Source of the DNA: Podarcis tiliguerta
Taxonomy: Eukaryota
Assembly: GCA_965153285.1 (NCBI GenBank)
Contig: OZ229125.1
Length of the DNA stretch: 64,000 nt
Direction: 5' to 3' (one strand)
This document shows positions 14,615 through 28,669 of the stretch, one piece after another (position 1 is the stretch's first letter; each line of letters opens with the position of its first letter). The position numbers and the translations under genes were made by a program. Under the pieces are notes generated by a model. The model was given only the letters and a program-made list of their open reading frames with translations, had not been told where the DNA came from and did not search any database.

Positions 14615-14799
14615 CAGTTATACCTCGTGTTGCGTTAGGTTCATGTTGTGTCTTTTCGGCTTGCAAACGCGGTTTCGCACATGCACAGAAGCGCTCTATC
14701 ATGCTCTGCGCTTGCACAGATGCGCCACTCTAATTGCGGACTTTCCGGGGTGTGAACGGCACCCCGGAATGCATCGTGTCCGCACTAGAGGTACCACTG
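14615..14799. mobile_element. Tc1/mariner (Tigger-like) MITE, 185 bp
   Basis: TA TSD on both sides. Imperfect TIRs CAGTTATACCTC...GAGGTACCACTG. Confidence 0.85.
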
Positions 14800-16834
14800 T
14801 ACATGAGAAATATATGAGCAGAATTCCCAACGTTTTGCTTTTTACTTGAAAGCAGGTAGGGATGTATGTATGGAATGCCCTAATTTTGATAGAGGCAGTG
14901 GCATTGGGGAAGTGTGGAGCTAATACAATATGGTAGAAGTGGTATTATATCAGATAAATGGTGTGGGAGAAAGTTTTAAGCCCACTTTTCCCCAGGAACA
15001 TTGCCCTGATCAAATAAGAGCCCCATTCCCTTCCGAGCTACTTTCAAATAATTTTACTTAATTTTCAAAATAAGGTTTGAGGGAAGCAGAATGGTGCATG
15101 TAAAACAGTGAAATGTACTTTAGATTTTCTGGAGTGAAACATTCCCCCCCCCCTTTTTTCTTTTTGGTGTACAGTGCAGGAAGCTGGATTTTCTTTAGTG
15201 ATATCCTCCAGAGCAGTTCAAATGCGTAGTAATTTTTGCATTCCCATACCCCATCAATAGATTGTTTGAAGTCTTTATTAGCATATACCTGTTTTCCTTA
15301 CTATAAATGCTTCTGCTATTCATTCTAGTGGGAATTACTTGAGTATTCCCACATGCAACTTAATTATATCGTATTATATTTATATTACTTGTAATATAAT
15401 ATGTTTATTATACTGCCTAATTAATGCAATATGTTATTTGCTTTCTGTTTTCCCCATGGGGTCTCTTATATCTGTTTCTGTCTTGGCCCAGCTTCCTGCA
15501 GGTGGTACTCGGGCAGGGAGGGAGAAGAATCTGCGCAGTAAAATGTTCATATATTTTAGCGAACGGGGGAAGTAAAGAATTGTGAGGGGCACAAAATTGG
15601 TTTTTGGCTTTTGTATGTGAGAGAGATTACTAGGAATGTTAAAAAGAAAGGTTATATGCACCTGTAACCAAGGTTTTTAAAAAAGCCCCTTTGAGTGTTT
15701 TCACTATTCATTTACTGAAACGTATTAACAATCTGAGCCAGTTAGACACAATGATCTCCAGGCGACGGTAGCTTGGCACTGCAAAAGTCTGAGAATGGAC
15801 CAACCAAAGGAGCAGAAGCTGAAAGTGCCATCTCCTATAAGTGTTCTCCCATAAAATGAAACTTGCAAGGCACTTTTTGAACATTTCCATGCTTTTGAGG
15901 TGTTTGCTTTTCAGCTGAAGCCAAACGTTTGACCGATTAACGTAAACAAATTTGTGAAGCGGGGGAGCCCCTCCCTCGTTTTTGGCTTCCTCCAGAGTTA
16001 CCATTTGTGCCTGCTTTTTTCTTGTCAACACCACACATCCATCATTATTATATTATTAAAATGTATGTATTGCCTAATGCGAGATGTCCTTGGCTGACAA
16101 TTAAAACAGAGCATGGAGCACTACAAGGTACATAATAGCAATCAACACCAACAACAGAATTCCAATTCAAACAGAAGACTGAATGCAAAACAACTAAACC
16201 TATTTCTGTTTTCCCCTTCTCTCCTCAGTTCTATACCTTTTCCATCTCTTCTCAGTCTCTTGCCTCCTTCACCCAGCCATCTTTTCCTCAGAATTCTATT
16301 TGTCAGCATGTAGTTTCCTTGATCATTCTACCTTCAGTTACCTTGTCTTTGGGCTCCCTAGCCCTCAGCTTGACTACTCTCCTGCTTGGTTACTTATTCT
16401 TAAATTGCTTTAAAAAAAACAACAACAAAAAAACAACAACCAACAACCCAGTTATCTTGCTTCTGTTTTCATTTTGTGTCACTTGCAGAAATCACATAAT
16501 GTGCTTTCACTCATTTTTTTGTCATAGTGCGTATTGCTAAAGGCCATAACCTCTTTATATGTGTGAAATGTGTGAATGCATAATGTGGAGTTAAGCACTT
16601 CAGTTTACCTGGTTTTAGGATCATTTTAATTTGAATGGCAATCCCTCTTGGTCAGCTTGCTTCACCTCAAATAACTTGCTTCACTCATCCCATAAAGTTT
16701 GCATAAACCTGAAATAGGCTTTCTATTAAACTGGGAGGAGGATGGGTACCTTGTTACAGTTGATTCATAACTGAAGCAGTTGGTAGTACTGTAATCCATA
16801 TTGGTACTTGCTTCGGTAACCAGGAAGACCAACC

Positions 16835-16968
16835 CTCACTAATCTGGTGCCCTCCAGATGTTTTGGAATATAGCTCCCATAATCCCCTGGCACTAGTCAG
16901 CATGGCCAGTGGTCAGGGATTAAGGCAATTGTAGTCTGATACTTTGGGATGACTCCAGCTTGGGATAG
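16835..16968. mobile_element. Older copy of the same palindromic MITE family
   Basis: ggtgccctccagatgttttggaatatagctcccataatccc...gggattaaggcaattgtagtc. Confidence 0.6.
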
Positions 16969-17045
16969 TCCTTCTAAAAACCCAGCTGCATTATGTTTTC
17001 ATTTACTTGAATGATTAAACCCTCTTCTCATTTTCTGGATGATAG

Positions 17046-17156
<111 letters not shown>

Positions 17157-18614
17157 TAAGAGAACGCCATCTGTTCAGAGGGATCCATTAATGTTGGTTT
17201 GGGCTACCGACTTGTCCTGTCACCAACCCCATCCCCATAAGTCCCCCAAGCTTGTGCAGAGGATTGGATCAAGGGGAGAAAGAGGTGAAGAATACTCTCC
17301 TTATACCCACTTTGATCAGCAGAACTGTTAACTGCTACAGTTGCTACACAATACTTGTTCCGTAGTTGTTAAAAAATTGATCTTTGACTATGGCAGCACC
17401 TATATTTTGGAAGTCTTTGCCCATTGACATCAGGCTAGTGCCTTTTTAAAAAAGATGTTTTTATTTCATTTTGCAGTATTTAATGAACAAGAACTGTTAC
17501 AAACATCTTGACTGTCTTTGCATTGTTCATCCATAAGAGCATTCAAAATACCATGAACGAAAGGAAACTACATTGTCACACCATACAAATAGCATACAAT
17601 AATATAATCAAGGAGATCTCTCCAAACTCCACCATGAGACGCAGAGGGAATCCTTGTCTGTTCTTCCTGTCTCATGTAAGATATAAGTGGTTTCCATGCC
17701 ATGTATAAAGAAAAGGGGCTTGCCCTTCCTTTAGTCGCATGGATGTGGCATGTTAGTTTTTCTGCAAGTGCTACTGACCAGACCCTTTGGTGCCATACTT
17801 CAGTTGCCAGGCCTTCACCAGCATTTGTTGGTTTCCAGAGAAGCTGCTATCAGCAGAAACGACAGAATATATTTATATACAGTATGAAGTCTGGTGTCAT
17901 TCATTATCGCCACTAGTACAAATGCTGGAGACATTTTGATGTTTGTTTTATAAATGTTTTCCAGTTCTTTGAAAATGTATGTCCAAAAGGTAAGCACATG
18001 TTAGCAATATCACCATAGGTGTAGGAAAGTTCCTGTGCAGTCACAGCCTCTCTGGCACAAGGAGCCAAGTGGCTAAGTGTCATATGCCTTTAAGGCTGAC
18101 ATTTGTTTCTTATTGGTTATTGCTAGTTAGCTTCACTCACTCACACACACTCATTCACACACACCCATGTGTATATATGTACAAACTTAGGATCTGCTGC
18201 ACATCGCAATATGAAATGTCTCTGCTCAGTGCACCAGCAACTAGCATGAAGGTACTGCATTACATTCTCCTGGATTTCTGGTGTTCTCCCCCAGTCCCAA
18301 AGAGAGAATTAGCACTCCACTGTCACATTGTGCTGTTTGGGAGTTGTTCCTTCAAAGTAGGGTGGCGATTCTGAACTTTTCCAAACTTTGGGGTTCATCC
18401 AAGTTTGATGGTACTTCCCTTTTTATGCTTAGGTGATACCTTTTTGGCTACATAAGGTTAGCCGCTTGGATAATGAGTTTCTGATTTGTATATATATGAT
18501 ACTCAATTCATACAAGAAGGAAGTACTACAGTATAAGCAAGTGATTGAGTGGCATGCAGTGTGTCCTGGATGGGGCTCTGCAGTTTGGGGATACTCATGA
18601 TCTATCTAGCATTG

Positions 18615-19070
18615 TCACTGGAGTCACAGCTGGCCTTGGTGGTCCAGAGTGCCTTTTATCAGCTTCAGCTGAAAACACAGCTGTGGTCCAAATAGACAGA
18701 GAGCCAAGCTACAGTTAGCTATGCTCTGGTAACTTCATGTTTAGAGTACGGCAATACATTGTGCGGTGAATTGCCTTTTAAAAAAAAGAGGTCCAAAATT
18801 TCAGTTAAACGCAACACAAAAATTGTGCTTCAAGGTTTGCTAACTGGGGCTGGACATATTAAGGAAGTGCTTTGTCGGTCCCATGGGCTTTTGATACATT
18901 TCCAGGCCCTGGGTTTAAAGTTTACATTCCTAAATGGCTTAGGGCTAGGTTTTTCCGTATATTTCTATCTGGACATTGCTTTGCTCATTGGAGGTTGTTT
19001 CCCAAGTGCCACTCCCAAAGTGAAAGTGAGAGGGCTTTCACTATGATAGCACCCCAGTTGTGGAATGGAG
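18615..19070 (+). mobile_element. Decayed L2-like LINE 3' region
   Basis: gccttttatcagcttcagctg...tatgctctggtaacttcatgtttagagtacggcaatacattgtgc (ALVTS.L.Y.N.L motif)...agggctttc...tgtggaat. Confidence 0.6.
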
Positions 19071-20195
19071 GTCTATTTCACATCCATTTTGGAATCATGT
19101 GTAGCCCTCCCTTTAAAAAACAAGCAAACCTCAAGGTTTTTAACATTTTCAATGTTTTGGCTTGAAAAAGGTTTCAAGTCTTGTCTGTGCTTAATTTTAT
19201 TTGCTTCATCTCTTGCTGTGATGCTGTAATTGCTCTTTTTTAAAAAAAACCATTCATAATGTATCTAAACATATTTTTGTATACCACTCAGGAAACTTTG
19301 ATTAAGGGGTGACATAGAAATAGTTTTGTGTTTTTTCCTTGAAAGTTGTAGCCTGGCCCTAGAATTCCAGGAAAACAGCCAAAAAGAACATTACAGTTAC
19401 AGTTAATTTTCCACATTTCTAGAAGTCTTTCTTACATATGCTGAAAGTTTTGTAAAGATGAATCACAATTAAGGGAACAATCCTAACCCCTGCCAAAAGC
19501 CAGATGAGGGCAGTTAGGTCAAGGCAGGAGGACCAGCAGAGAGGAGCTCCACGTGTGGGGAAGCCTGTCTGCCCTGGCATGCCTGCAAAAAGCTTTGTGG
19601 GCATAGATGTAGTACCAACAGTGCATAGATGTAGTGCCAACAGTGTTTCAGCTGGTGGTATAAGGGCTGAAATAGAGTGTGCCAGGAGGGTCAGTTTCTA
19701 ATGTCCCCATCACTAGCCTTATAGTCCCCCAGGTGGACTATTTTCCCCAGATTATTTTCAAAAGAAACTTGGGGGGTGGGGCAGAATGCCCACCTATCTT
19801 CTGACTTCGCTTTGTTCTTGGCAGCAAATCCACCACTGAACTCTTCTTGCCGCCACTTGAACTTGCTCTGTAAAATACCAGTTTTGTTCTAATGAAGCTT
19901 GTGCTTTTAAATAAAATGCTTGACCTTCATTTGACAATACTTGACCAGTCAGCTGAGCAGTTTTTTTGGCAGACCATTAGTACCAACTTCCAGCTAAGCT
20001 GTCTGTTATACATATTGAAAGTGGTAAACATCTTTCTCTCTCTCTCAAATTTTAATTTTGAATCAGCTAGATGGGCAAGCCTGCTTTGGAAACGAGTTCC
20101 CTTGAAATTAAATATGATTCCATCCCAAGTTACTGTGCTTGAGACTGGAGTATCAGAAGCTAATGGGGAGCAGCTCTTTTCGAGGAGTTCCATAG

Positions 20196-20468
<273 letters not shown>

Positions 20469-20783
20469 TAAGGATCCCAAGGGCTTTGAAGTATGCTGCC
20501 GAAATTGACGGTGCTATTTTGGTGCTTTAATTGCGGTGTTTCCCTGTTCATGTACCCACTTTCCCAGCATATTCTCTTCCCACTCCTGCATGATGATAAT
20601 GAATAACTGCTCCTTGGTGGCCCTGTTAGCGACTTTGACATTATTGCGTTGATTTCCCTCCTCTCCCAACTTTGTAGCACACTGTAACAGAAGTGGCGCA
20701 ATGTTAGCAGCTTTTTGCCTACTCTTTGGAATATGTTGCAGTCACTTCTCGTTTGAGAGTTGGCTATATCCAGAACCAGGTGG

Positions 20784-20786
<3 letters not shown>

Positions 20787-20826
<40 letters not shown>
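20787..20826. repeat. (TG)20 microsatellite
   Basis: Read directly from the sequence. Confidence 0.97.
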
Positions 20827-20827
<1 letters not shown>

Positions 20828-23800
20828 CATGACTTTGAGACCTTTTTGCTTTGCTTTTCCAAGCTTATGTTGAAATACTGGACTGAGGTAGGTGTGTGTA
20901 TGTGTGTTTTGTATATATAGAGAGAGAAATGGAAAAGGATACTCATCAATTCACACTGTCAGTGTATTAATTGTCTGTATTGCAATACTTTAAAACCTTG
21001 CAGGAAGCCCAGTTAAGTTTATAGGAAATATTGGGAAATGTAGTCTTATTGATACTGCCATAATTGGTTGCATGTGTGAATACTGGTCTACAGGAAAGTT
21101 TTGTATAAAATCTATGTGTTCCTAAGGTACTTTTCAATGTTTGAAATAGGTTTCACTTAAGTAGGAAGTGGTTTTTGAGTAGTGCTTTTCTACTGATGTT
21201 ATGTATTCCTCTTTTAAACACTAGTTTCAAAGAATTGCAGGAATTCAGTAATCTTAGCTAAATAGTACAGATGCATTTAGTACAGAAATGCAGCGTACTG
21301 TTGGCGGACATTAAGAAGATATTTCAGACTGAACTGAATGTTTTAAGTTCTTTAAAAAAGCTACAGTTGTTCAAAAGTGTGCTTACTTAGCAAGCAAGAG
21401 GAATGTAAAAATAGCAAAACTGATTGGTTTCTGGTAGTGTGTTGTGCTTCTGTTTGAGTCCCCAGCTGTGAAGAGAGGCTTCAGTGTGTTCTGTTTTCAG
21501 CGATTCTGCCAGTCCAGCATTTATCGTGCATACAGCTTGTTCAGTTTAAAAGCTTGGGTTTGCCCCTGAGACCACAGTTCCTTCATTGCACTTTTGACTC
21601 CTGCTTTGCATCCATGGTAGTAAAAGCTGCAGCAACATGCTTTGTGATTTTAATGTGCTTTATAGAAAGAGGGAGGACTTTCCATGTGGTTAACTAATGC
21701 TCAGGGAAAGCCTACAGAGGCATTTGTGGCACTGCTGAGCAGATGCAGATTTCTAGAATATGCTGGCTGGAGGATTGCAGCCATCCTTGTTACATTTCTT
21801 ACCTATTATGTTAACTTTCACATGCAAGATAGATGTACACTTTTGTAGGGATCTGAAATAATGTAGCTTGATATATATATACCTTATACCTTAAGTAAAG
21901 ATCTGTCCTTTCCACGGTAGTTTATGCTTCAGACCTTCAGAATCTTCAAGATGGGAGGACGACGTGGCTCAGAATCTCAGGATTCGTACATTCAAAGCCT
22001 TTGCTAGGGTTACTGCTTCTTCAACGGGTGCTTTTCAAATATTATTTTCACTATGCCTGCAAATCACTTTCCCATTAATAGCTGGAAGTGGTTCTGAGCC
22101 AAAATATATGAATTTGCACAATTGTAGTTTTTCTGTACTAAGTCACTGCATAGTATTTCTTATATCCAGGACCACGGTGCTTCCTAGCTGTTAGGGTCAC
22201 CTGAATAAAAGCAATCAAGGACACGAAAGAAGCCAGAACATAAGTTCACTGCACTCTACTGAGATAAAGTACTGTGGACATCCAGCCTGCCATTTGATAT
22301 TGGTACATCCCTGTAAAAAGGGTGTCTCTCTTAAATTTAAGCCATTTGGGATTAGGCCAGAGCAAAAGGAACACCTGTTGCACCATCCATGGGAACTGCA
22401 TAGTCTCACTCCATAATCTATCAAATATTTGAAATGTTTTGCAGAACTGGTTGTACCATGCCTGCATTAATGGTACTCACGGTTTATTAGCAGTATTTCA
22501 GACACTGCCTCTTCCTGAATTCTTTGTATGCTTTTACAGCCTTGGATTTTGCTGATTTTCTTCTATTATGATGGATTTATTTGATTTCAGCTACAAACCC
22601 TCCACTCAGCCTCCATGCTTGTTGTCTTTTGGAGACTTACTTGGCACATAGCCCCCCCCCCCCCATCAGTTCTCCAACTTGCAGATGTCTCTTTGTGCTG
22701 AAGCTAATAGCCTTTGGAGTTCTAACACAGCTATTCTGCTGGGGGCACAGTCACCTCTTGCATTCATTTCAGACTTTGTTAGTAAGTTTCAAATCAGGAC
22801 TGTATAGGGCCCTGTATAATTACATGGTTTCAGTTGTCTCCTCAGTGAGTTACTGAAGCAACAGGAGGTCCATTGCTGGCCCCAGCCCAATGCCCCAGCA
22901 TCCCCTGCCCCATTCCAGATGCCCACATGCTGAATGTGGATGACTGCAAAAGGGAAACCTGCATGTGTTGATCTCAATGGGATTGAGAACCTTGAAGTGT
23001 TTGGGGTTCTTGATCCTGTAGGTTTCCCTTTTGCAGATGTCCACACTCAATGTATGAACCTTGGGAGCAAGGGAAGCAAGCTGCTTGACTTTGGGAGTGC
23101 AGTCAGCGGCACAACCTCACTACCTTTTCAATGGCTGGAGACCCCACTGTGTGAATTATGCTTGAAAGGGAATAGGACATGTCCCTGAAATAAGAAGATT
23201 CACCTTTGTGTTTCATTTGGCAGTTTGTAGATGGTGACTGTGATTTACGGTGAGTGGGCTGCATATTAGGCTGTTTAAGTTGGAATATGGTGGATGGATA
23301 TAGTTGGTTACCAGAGGTTAAACATTAAGTACCTTAGCTTTTGGGTTGGATGAGTTACTATAGTTATGAATAGTGTAGATAGAGTTTAATACAGCATGTG
23401 GAATGTTGGATGTTCACAGGGAGGTTGGGGGTGGCTATGAAGGTAAAGGAATCAGCTGCAACTGTTGAGGTAACCCTTGCTATATATAATTTGTGTATAA
23501 GGTCTTGTTTGCCTGGCTTAAAGGTGCACAGTCTTAAATACACAGGCAATTGATGTTTTCAGTGCAGTTGTAACTACCTGCAGCCACTCTAGGTTCACAA
23601 ATGGCAGCTGACTGCGTGAAGAGCGTCTGCCCACTTTCTGTCTGTTCCATCTGTCAGTATTGTGGAGAACTGCTTTAGTTGTCTTGACATGAATGTCTTC
23701 GTTTACACAAACACGTGACACATCTGGACATCAGTTCTTTTAAGGGGAGGCCTTGTTGCTGGCTGTATTGTTCAACTAGTTGAAGTTCTAGGAATGTTTA

Positions 23801-26766
23801 AGCTGCTTTCCTCATTAGACACTCAAAGCTGGCGGAGTATGTAAAGGATAAGCAAAGTACCCCTGATGTGTTGTTAATTAGATTTGTCAGGAGCCCCAGT
23901 TGTGCAGCCTGCCACACAGTGTTGTCACTTACTATATCTGTAATGAATTGTCTTAAGGGCATCAGTAAACACTGAAAAGCTCCTTTTTAGTTTCTGAATG
24001 GCTATTCTAATAATGTTGCCCCTGCACGTTGGTTTGGGGGTGGGGGTAGGGAGGAAGACACTCCTCTTAAAAATAAACCACGGGATCATTAAATCTCTCT
24101 GGCAGCACAATCTCCAAAGCAAGAGTGTCTAGTTTGTGATGGTCAAAACAGAAAAAATAATTGTGCCACTTCTCAATACATCTTTACTAGAATGTAACCC
24201 TTTCAAGTGCTGAGAGATTCTCCCATTGTTCAGTGCTTTGCATTTGGTTTAAATGCAACTTTGTATTTCAATTTCTGGAGAATTACTCTGGAATTAATGA
24301 GACTGTGCGATGAAATAGTTTGTGGATATTTATGTTCAGAATGTGTTTCCTTCATTTTCTAATTCTGCAGCCACTAATTTCATTTGTAACAAAGATAATG
24401 AAAATGAAATACCTGCAATTGCATATTAATGTTGATGTTTTAAAGTATACATATAGTGTTATAGAGCCTTGAAAATCCTTTGCTTTAAACATTTTTACTT
24501 CTGCATGAGAATAACAAAGAGTGGAGTGTGGGCAATTTCTGCAACATCACTTTGCCCATTACTGGAGTAAGAATTAGTTGGCTGGAGGGGGTGTATTTTA
24601 AAGACCACCAAGCAACCCTGATCCCAGCAGTTGCAGCCACTGCTTTGCAACTGGCCTGGAGTGACTCTTGATGGTGGTTCTGCAATGGGGGGGGGGGGGG
24701 AGAAGTACCACTTGAATTGAGAGCAACCTCATCAAAGCAGGACTGGGTGGAGATGACCCATCCCATGAGAACAGCTTCTGGCGCTGGGGCTGCTCCATTA
24801 CTAACCTTTCTGCATGGGGCTTTTCAAAGGCCAGCCTGGCTGTGGGTGCAAGAAGCCACAACAGTCTCTCTTGCATGCTCATATACTGCAGTTGGATGGC
24901 TTCTGAATTGTGTGGCATAGGCAAGGAGTCTGATTATTCTCACACAGTTGTCCTGGTTGCACTGAAGTTCTAATCTTTGGCTTGGTCCACCACCTACACC
25001 CCTACGGTTAGGCTGGCAGCCTTGCAGGTCAACCAGCAAAAGATAAACAGGGCCATTGATGTTCCCACAGAGCAGCTCTTGGCATATTAGCACAGTCGTT
25101 TGTGGTATGCTGAGCATTCTGGTCACTTACTTAGAGAACCATTTGAGCATGTAATAAAACTCAGCCATGTCCTGATTACCATTAAATCATGTAAGTTGTG
25201 GAAGGTGCAAACTCTTGGAAGTTAATTGCCTGATGTGAAGGAAGCCATTTCTAAAGATGAGGTGAATTACAGCATAATTTGAAGGTTTTTACTGCTTTGG
25301 CTGCTTTGATTTACACATTCAGGGGAATAACACCACACTATGTAGAAACAGCTGGTGCTTAGTATTAAATATTAATTGCTATGAGTTTCAAAGAGAAGGA
25401 ACTTGGGATGAGTGTTGCCTGTCTCATAAACTGAAGCTAAATAAGATTGTATAAATCTTTTTTCTTGTGGCAGCAGCCGCATCAGTCTAAATAAAACCAG
25501 GCCTTCCTTTTGGGCAAAACAACTGCAGTGGTGGCTGAATTGACCCTGCGTAGCAGCTACCTTCTTAAGGGTCAAGCCATTCAGATGTAACACTGTGGAA
25601 TAAATGCTTCAGTTTAGTTGCTAAGTGACTGAAGCCAAATAAGGTTTGAACTGCAATCCTTTGGACATTTTGTGAAGACTTCAGTCTAATTGAAATAAGT
25701 ACAGCTTCTGAATAAACATGTGGAATTATTCACTGCCAGAATTATTAACCTTCTCTATCACTTTAGCTGCATGACACCCTTTTCCAGATCCCTTTATTGA
25801 CTTTCTGTCCCCTTCCATATCCAGCACAAACTTCTCGTCTTTTTAAAGCTACCCCCAGCATAACCCCCATTCTCCCTTCCTGTCCTTTGTCTTTAGTTAC
25901 ATCTCCTCTTGTGATCTCTGTTGCTTCTCCTCTTACACCTCAGATGACTGAAGATCTCCTGGGTCTTTCATTAGTTCTGCCTTAAGTGGGGAACTCCTTT
26001 CCTGGATATGGACATGGTGCCTCCTCCCTCCCTTCAAATACCTCATGAAAACATACCTTTTCATGGTCACCTTTGGCTTCCCCTGAATCCTTAATTTCCA
26101 GCTGTAATCAAGTCTAATAGCATTTGCCTAGATTCTTTTCTCTTTCCTTCTGTAGTTTTCCCCACTGCCTATTTTAGATCATAAACTCCTAGCGGGCAGG
26201 GAGCTATGTTTGTTGCCTGTGTAACTCTCTAAAATACCATGCACTCTGATGATGCACTGTAAATAAACTAAATAGGTAAAAACAATTGTCTTTGCCATAA
26301 ACCAAAAAGGTGAGAGACTATGGCATACCTTTTCTTCAGAGGCAGGTTGTGTGGGGAATGTCACTGTCATGCCAGCTTCTAGGTTTTTTTAAAAAAATAT
26401 TATTATTATTATTAATGTTATTAAAAAGTACACCCCCTCTTTAATAATAAGTTCAGAAAGCAGCTTACCCCTGTCCAATTCAAGTTTGTCACATTAAAAA
26501 CACCCCAGTCCTAGCCTAGAAAGTTTACGGGACCCATTAAAGTATCCAAGAATCCTATGCTTGCAGTTCCCACTCTTCTTTAAGGTGGTTTAACATTGGA
26601 ACAAACAGGCAGGAATGTGTCCAGATGGGTGGCTCATATCCATTGCCTAGAATTGCACATAGTTTGTTTTATTATTGCTGTTACTATTTTATTGTGGCTG
26701 TACTGCTCTAGGTGTCATTTTATAGCTTAATGCTGCATAGAATTGTTATCTAAACTACTATTCAGC

Positions 26767-26768
<2 letters not shown>

Positions 26769-26802
<34 letters not shown>
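26769..26802. repeat. (AC)17 microsatellite followed by a G-run and (AG)n
   Basis: Read directly from the sequence. Confidence 0.95.
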
Positions 26803-26806
<4 letters not shown>

Positions 26807-26989
26807 AGGTGGGGGGGGGGAGAGGGAGAGAGAGAAGCAAACAGGAGTAAAACTTGTTGGCCACATAAAATTTCGCATGATAAAAGGAAAAAGACCAAGC
26901 TCCAACAACCACTTGCTGGCTGGGGAAGCTGCATTTTAACCTGAGGTCAGATTTGCCTTGGTTGACAAAATATTCCTCAGCGTTTGTGC

Positions 26990-27380
26990 TGTTACAGAGA
27001 AGGTTCAATGCAGCCATAAAGGATGCACATGGAGCAGAATCTTCGTAACATATCTAAGGGAGTGGAGAAGTAAATTTCAGAGGAGATGCTTGAATGCAGT
27101 CCCCAGGTTATGTTGGATTTTAAAGGTAATCGCTAGCATGTTGAACTGGGTCTGGAGTCAATGTGAAGCCAAATCCCTTTGGCTCGTTCTGTGAAGAAAT
27201 CAGGCTCAGGATTCTGTGCTAGCTGAAATTTCTAAAACATTTCTAAACATTTTTCTTCGAAGACACCTCTGCATAGAGTTGCTTGCAGTAATCAATATTA
27301 TGAAATTACTAAAGCACGGTGATGGGCCAGATTAGAGAAGTGATCACAGGTGGCTTGCAGGCATAAGCTGGTGAAAGGCC
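26990..27380 (-). mobile_element. Decayed L2-like LINE 3' region
   Basis: The reverse complement contains caccgtgctttagtaatttc...gattactgcaagcaactctatgc (HALV.S..DYC..LY motif). Confidence 0.5.
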
Positions 27381-28626
27381 CACTGTAGAGCAAGAATGTC
27401 CACTGAACACGGTTTCATAGGAGACATCTCGCAGTAATGATCCATCTATCAGCCTGTGATTGATTCATTAACTTAATTTGATGGATTATCTGATTAATGC
27501 TTTCAGAACATCACACGAGCAGCATCTTTTTTAAGGATGATAATTCTACCATGGAGAGGCTACTAGAGAACAAGGTTTTGCAAAATTTTATTTAATTAAC
27601 AGATTCCTTACCTGCTCTTCACTGTAGGGCAAATTCAATACTGATATGCATTAAAAATATAAGACAACATAGCATAAAACAAGCAGACTCCCAGTCTCTG
27701 CATGGAGGAATTGCTCTTGTAAGACCAAACTTCACCATGTAAAGTGGTCTGGAACCTTGATAACAGAATTATTACAAGCCCCCACAAATCCAACACTCCA
27801 GAATAAAAACCAAATCGCTGCTTTGTGCTGGTTCAGAGTGTATCAAGAAGGTCCCATCAGCCTGTGCTGATGCTGCATCAAATACCCAGGTGTATCATAG
27901 CTGGGTCAAATCATCTCCCCGGCTTGCCGTCCTAGGTTTTGGTAATGCATGTTAGGTTGGCCCTCCCCATCCACAAATTGTGCATGATTGAGATCTTCTT
28001 ATGGATTGACCTGACATTAAAAAGGGGTGCCACTGGACAGGAGGGGAGGATGTTGATGCAACCTGGTTCCTGAGGGAAGGAGGAAGGGGTGGAAATTGTG
28101 TTTTTGGGGAATAGACTGTGAGCATCTAGGCCACCTCCTCCTTACCAGAGAGCTACTAGCCTAATCTTTCCTAGATTGTCTGTGACTTGTACAGACACAC
28201 AACCTGACTTACCTACCCAGTCTCTGTATATAATTGAACAGCCTTTTCTAACGTTTTGTTGAATGTGGGAGATGAGAATATCCAGTCCAGTGGATACTCA
28301 GCTTATCTCTGGCAAACTGGTAGTGAAACAGCTGTCGCTCTTTGTACTATTCTGCTTTCCCTGTACAGCTGCCTGTGGCGGTTGTGCTTATTCCTTCTTG
28401 CTCAAGGGCTTTGTCATTGCTAAATGAACATATCCAAGTATATGCTTCTTCTCCAGGAAGGAAGGAATAATGGCAAAGCACTTTGGTTTCTCACCCCACC
28501 CCACCCCACCCCACCCCACCCCACTGTGGCTACCTGCTCTAATTTGCATGGTTGGGGAATGATTTCCAGATCCTAGACGCTGCAATTGATTTTTTGTTTA
28601 AAGTGTCAGGCCTGCACTGGGTTGGG

Positions 28627-28627
<1 letters not shown>

Positions 28628-28668
<41 letters not shown>
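28628..28668. repeat. (TTTC)n microsatellite
   Basis: Read directly from the sequence. Confidence 0.95.
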
Positions 28669-28669
<1 letters not shown>

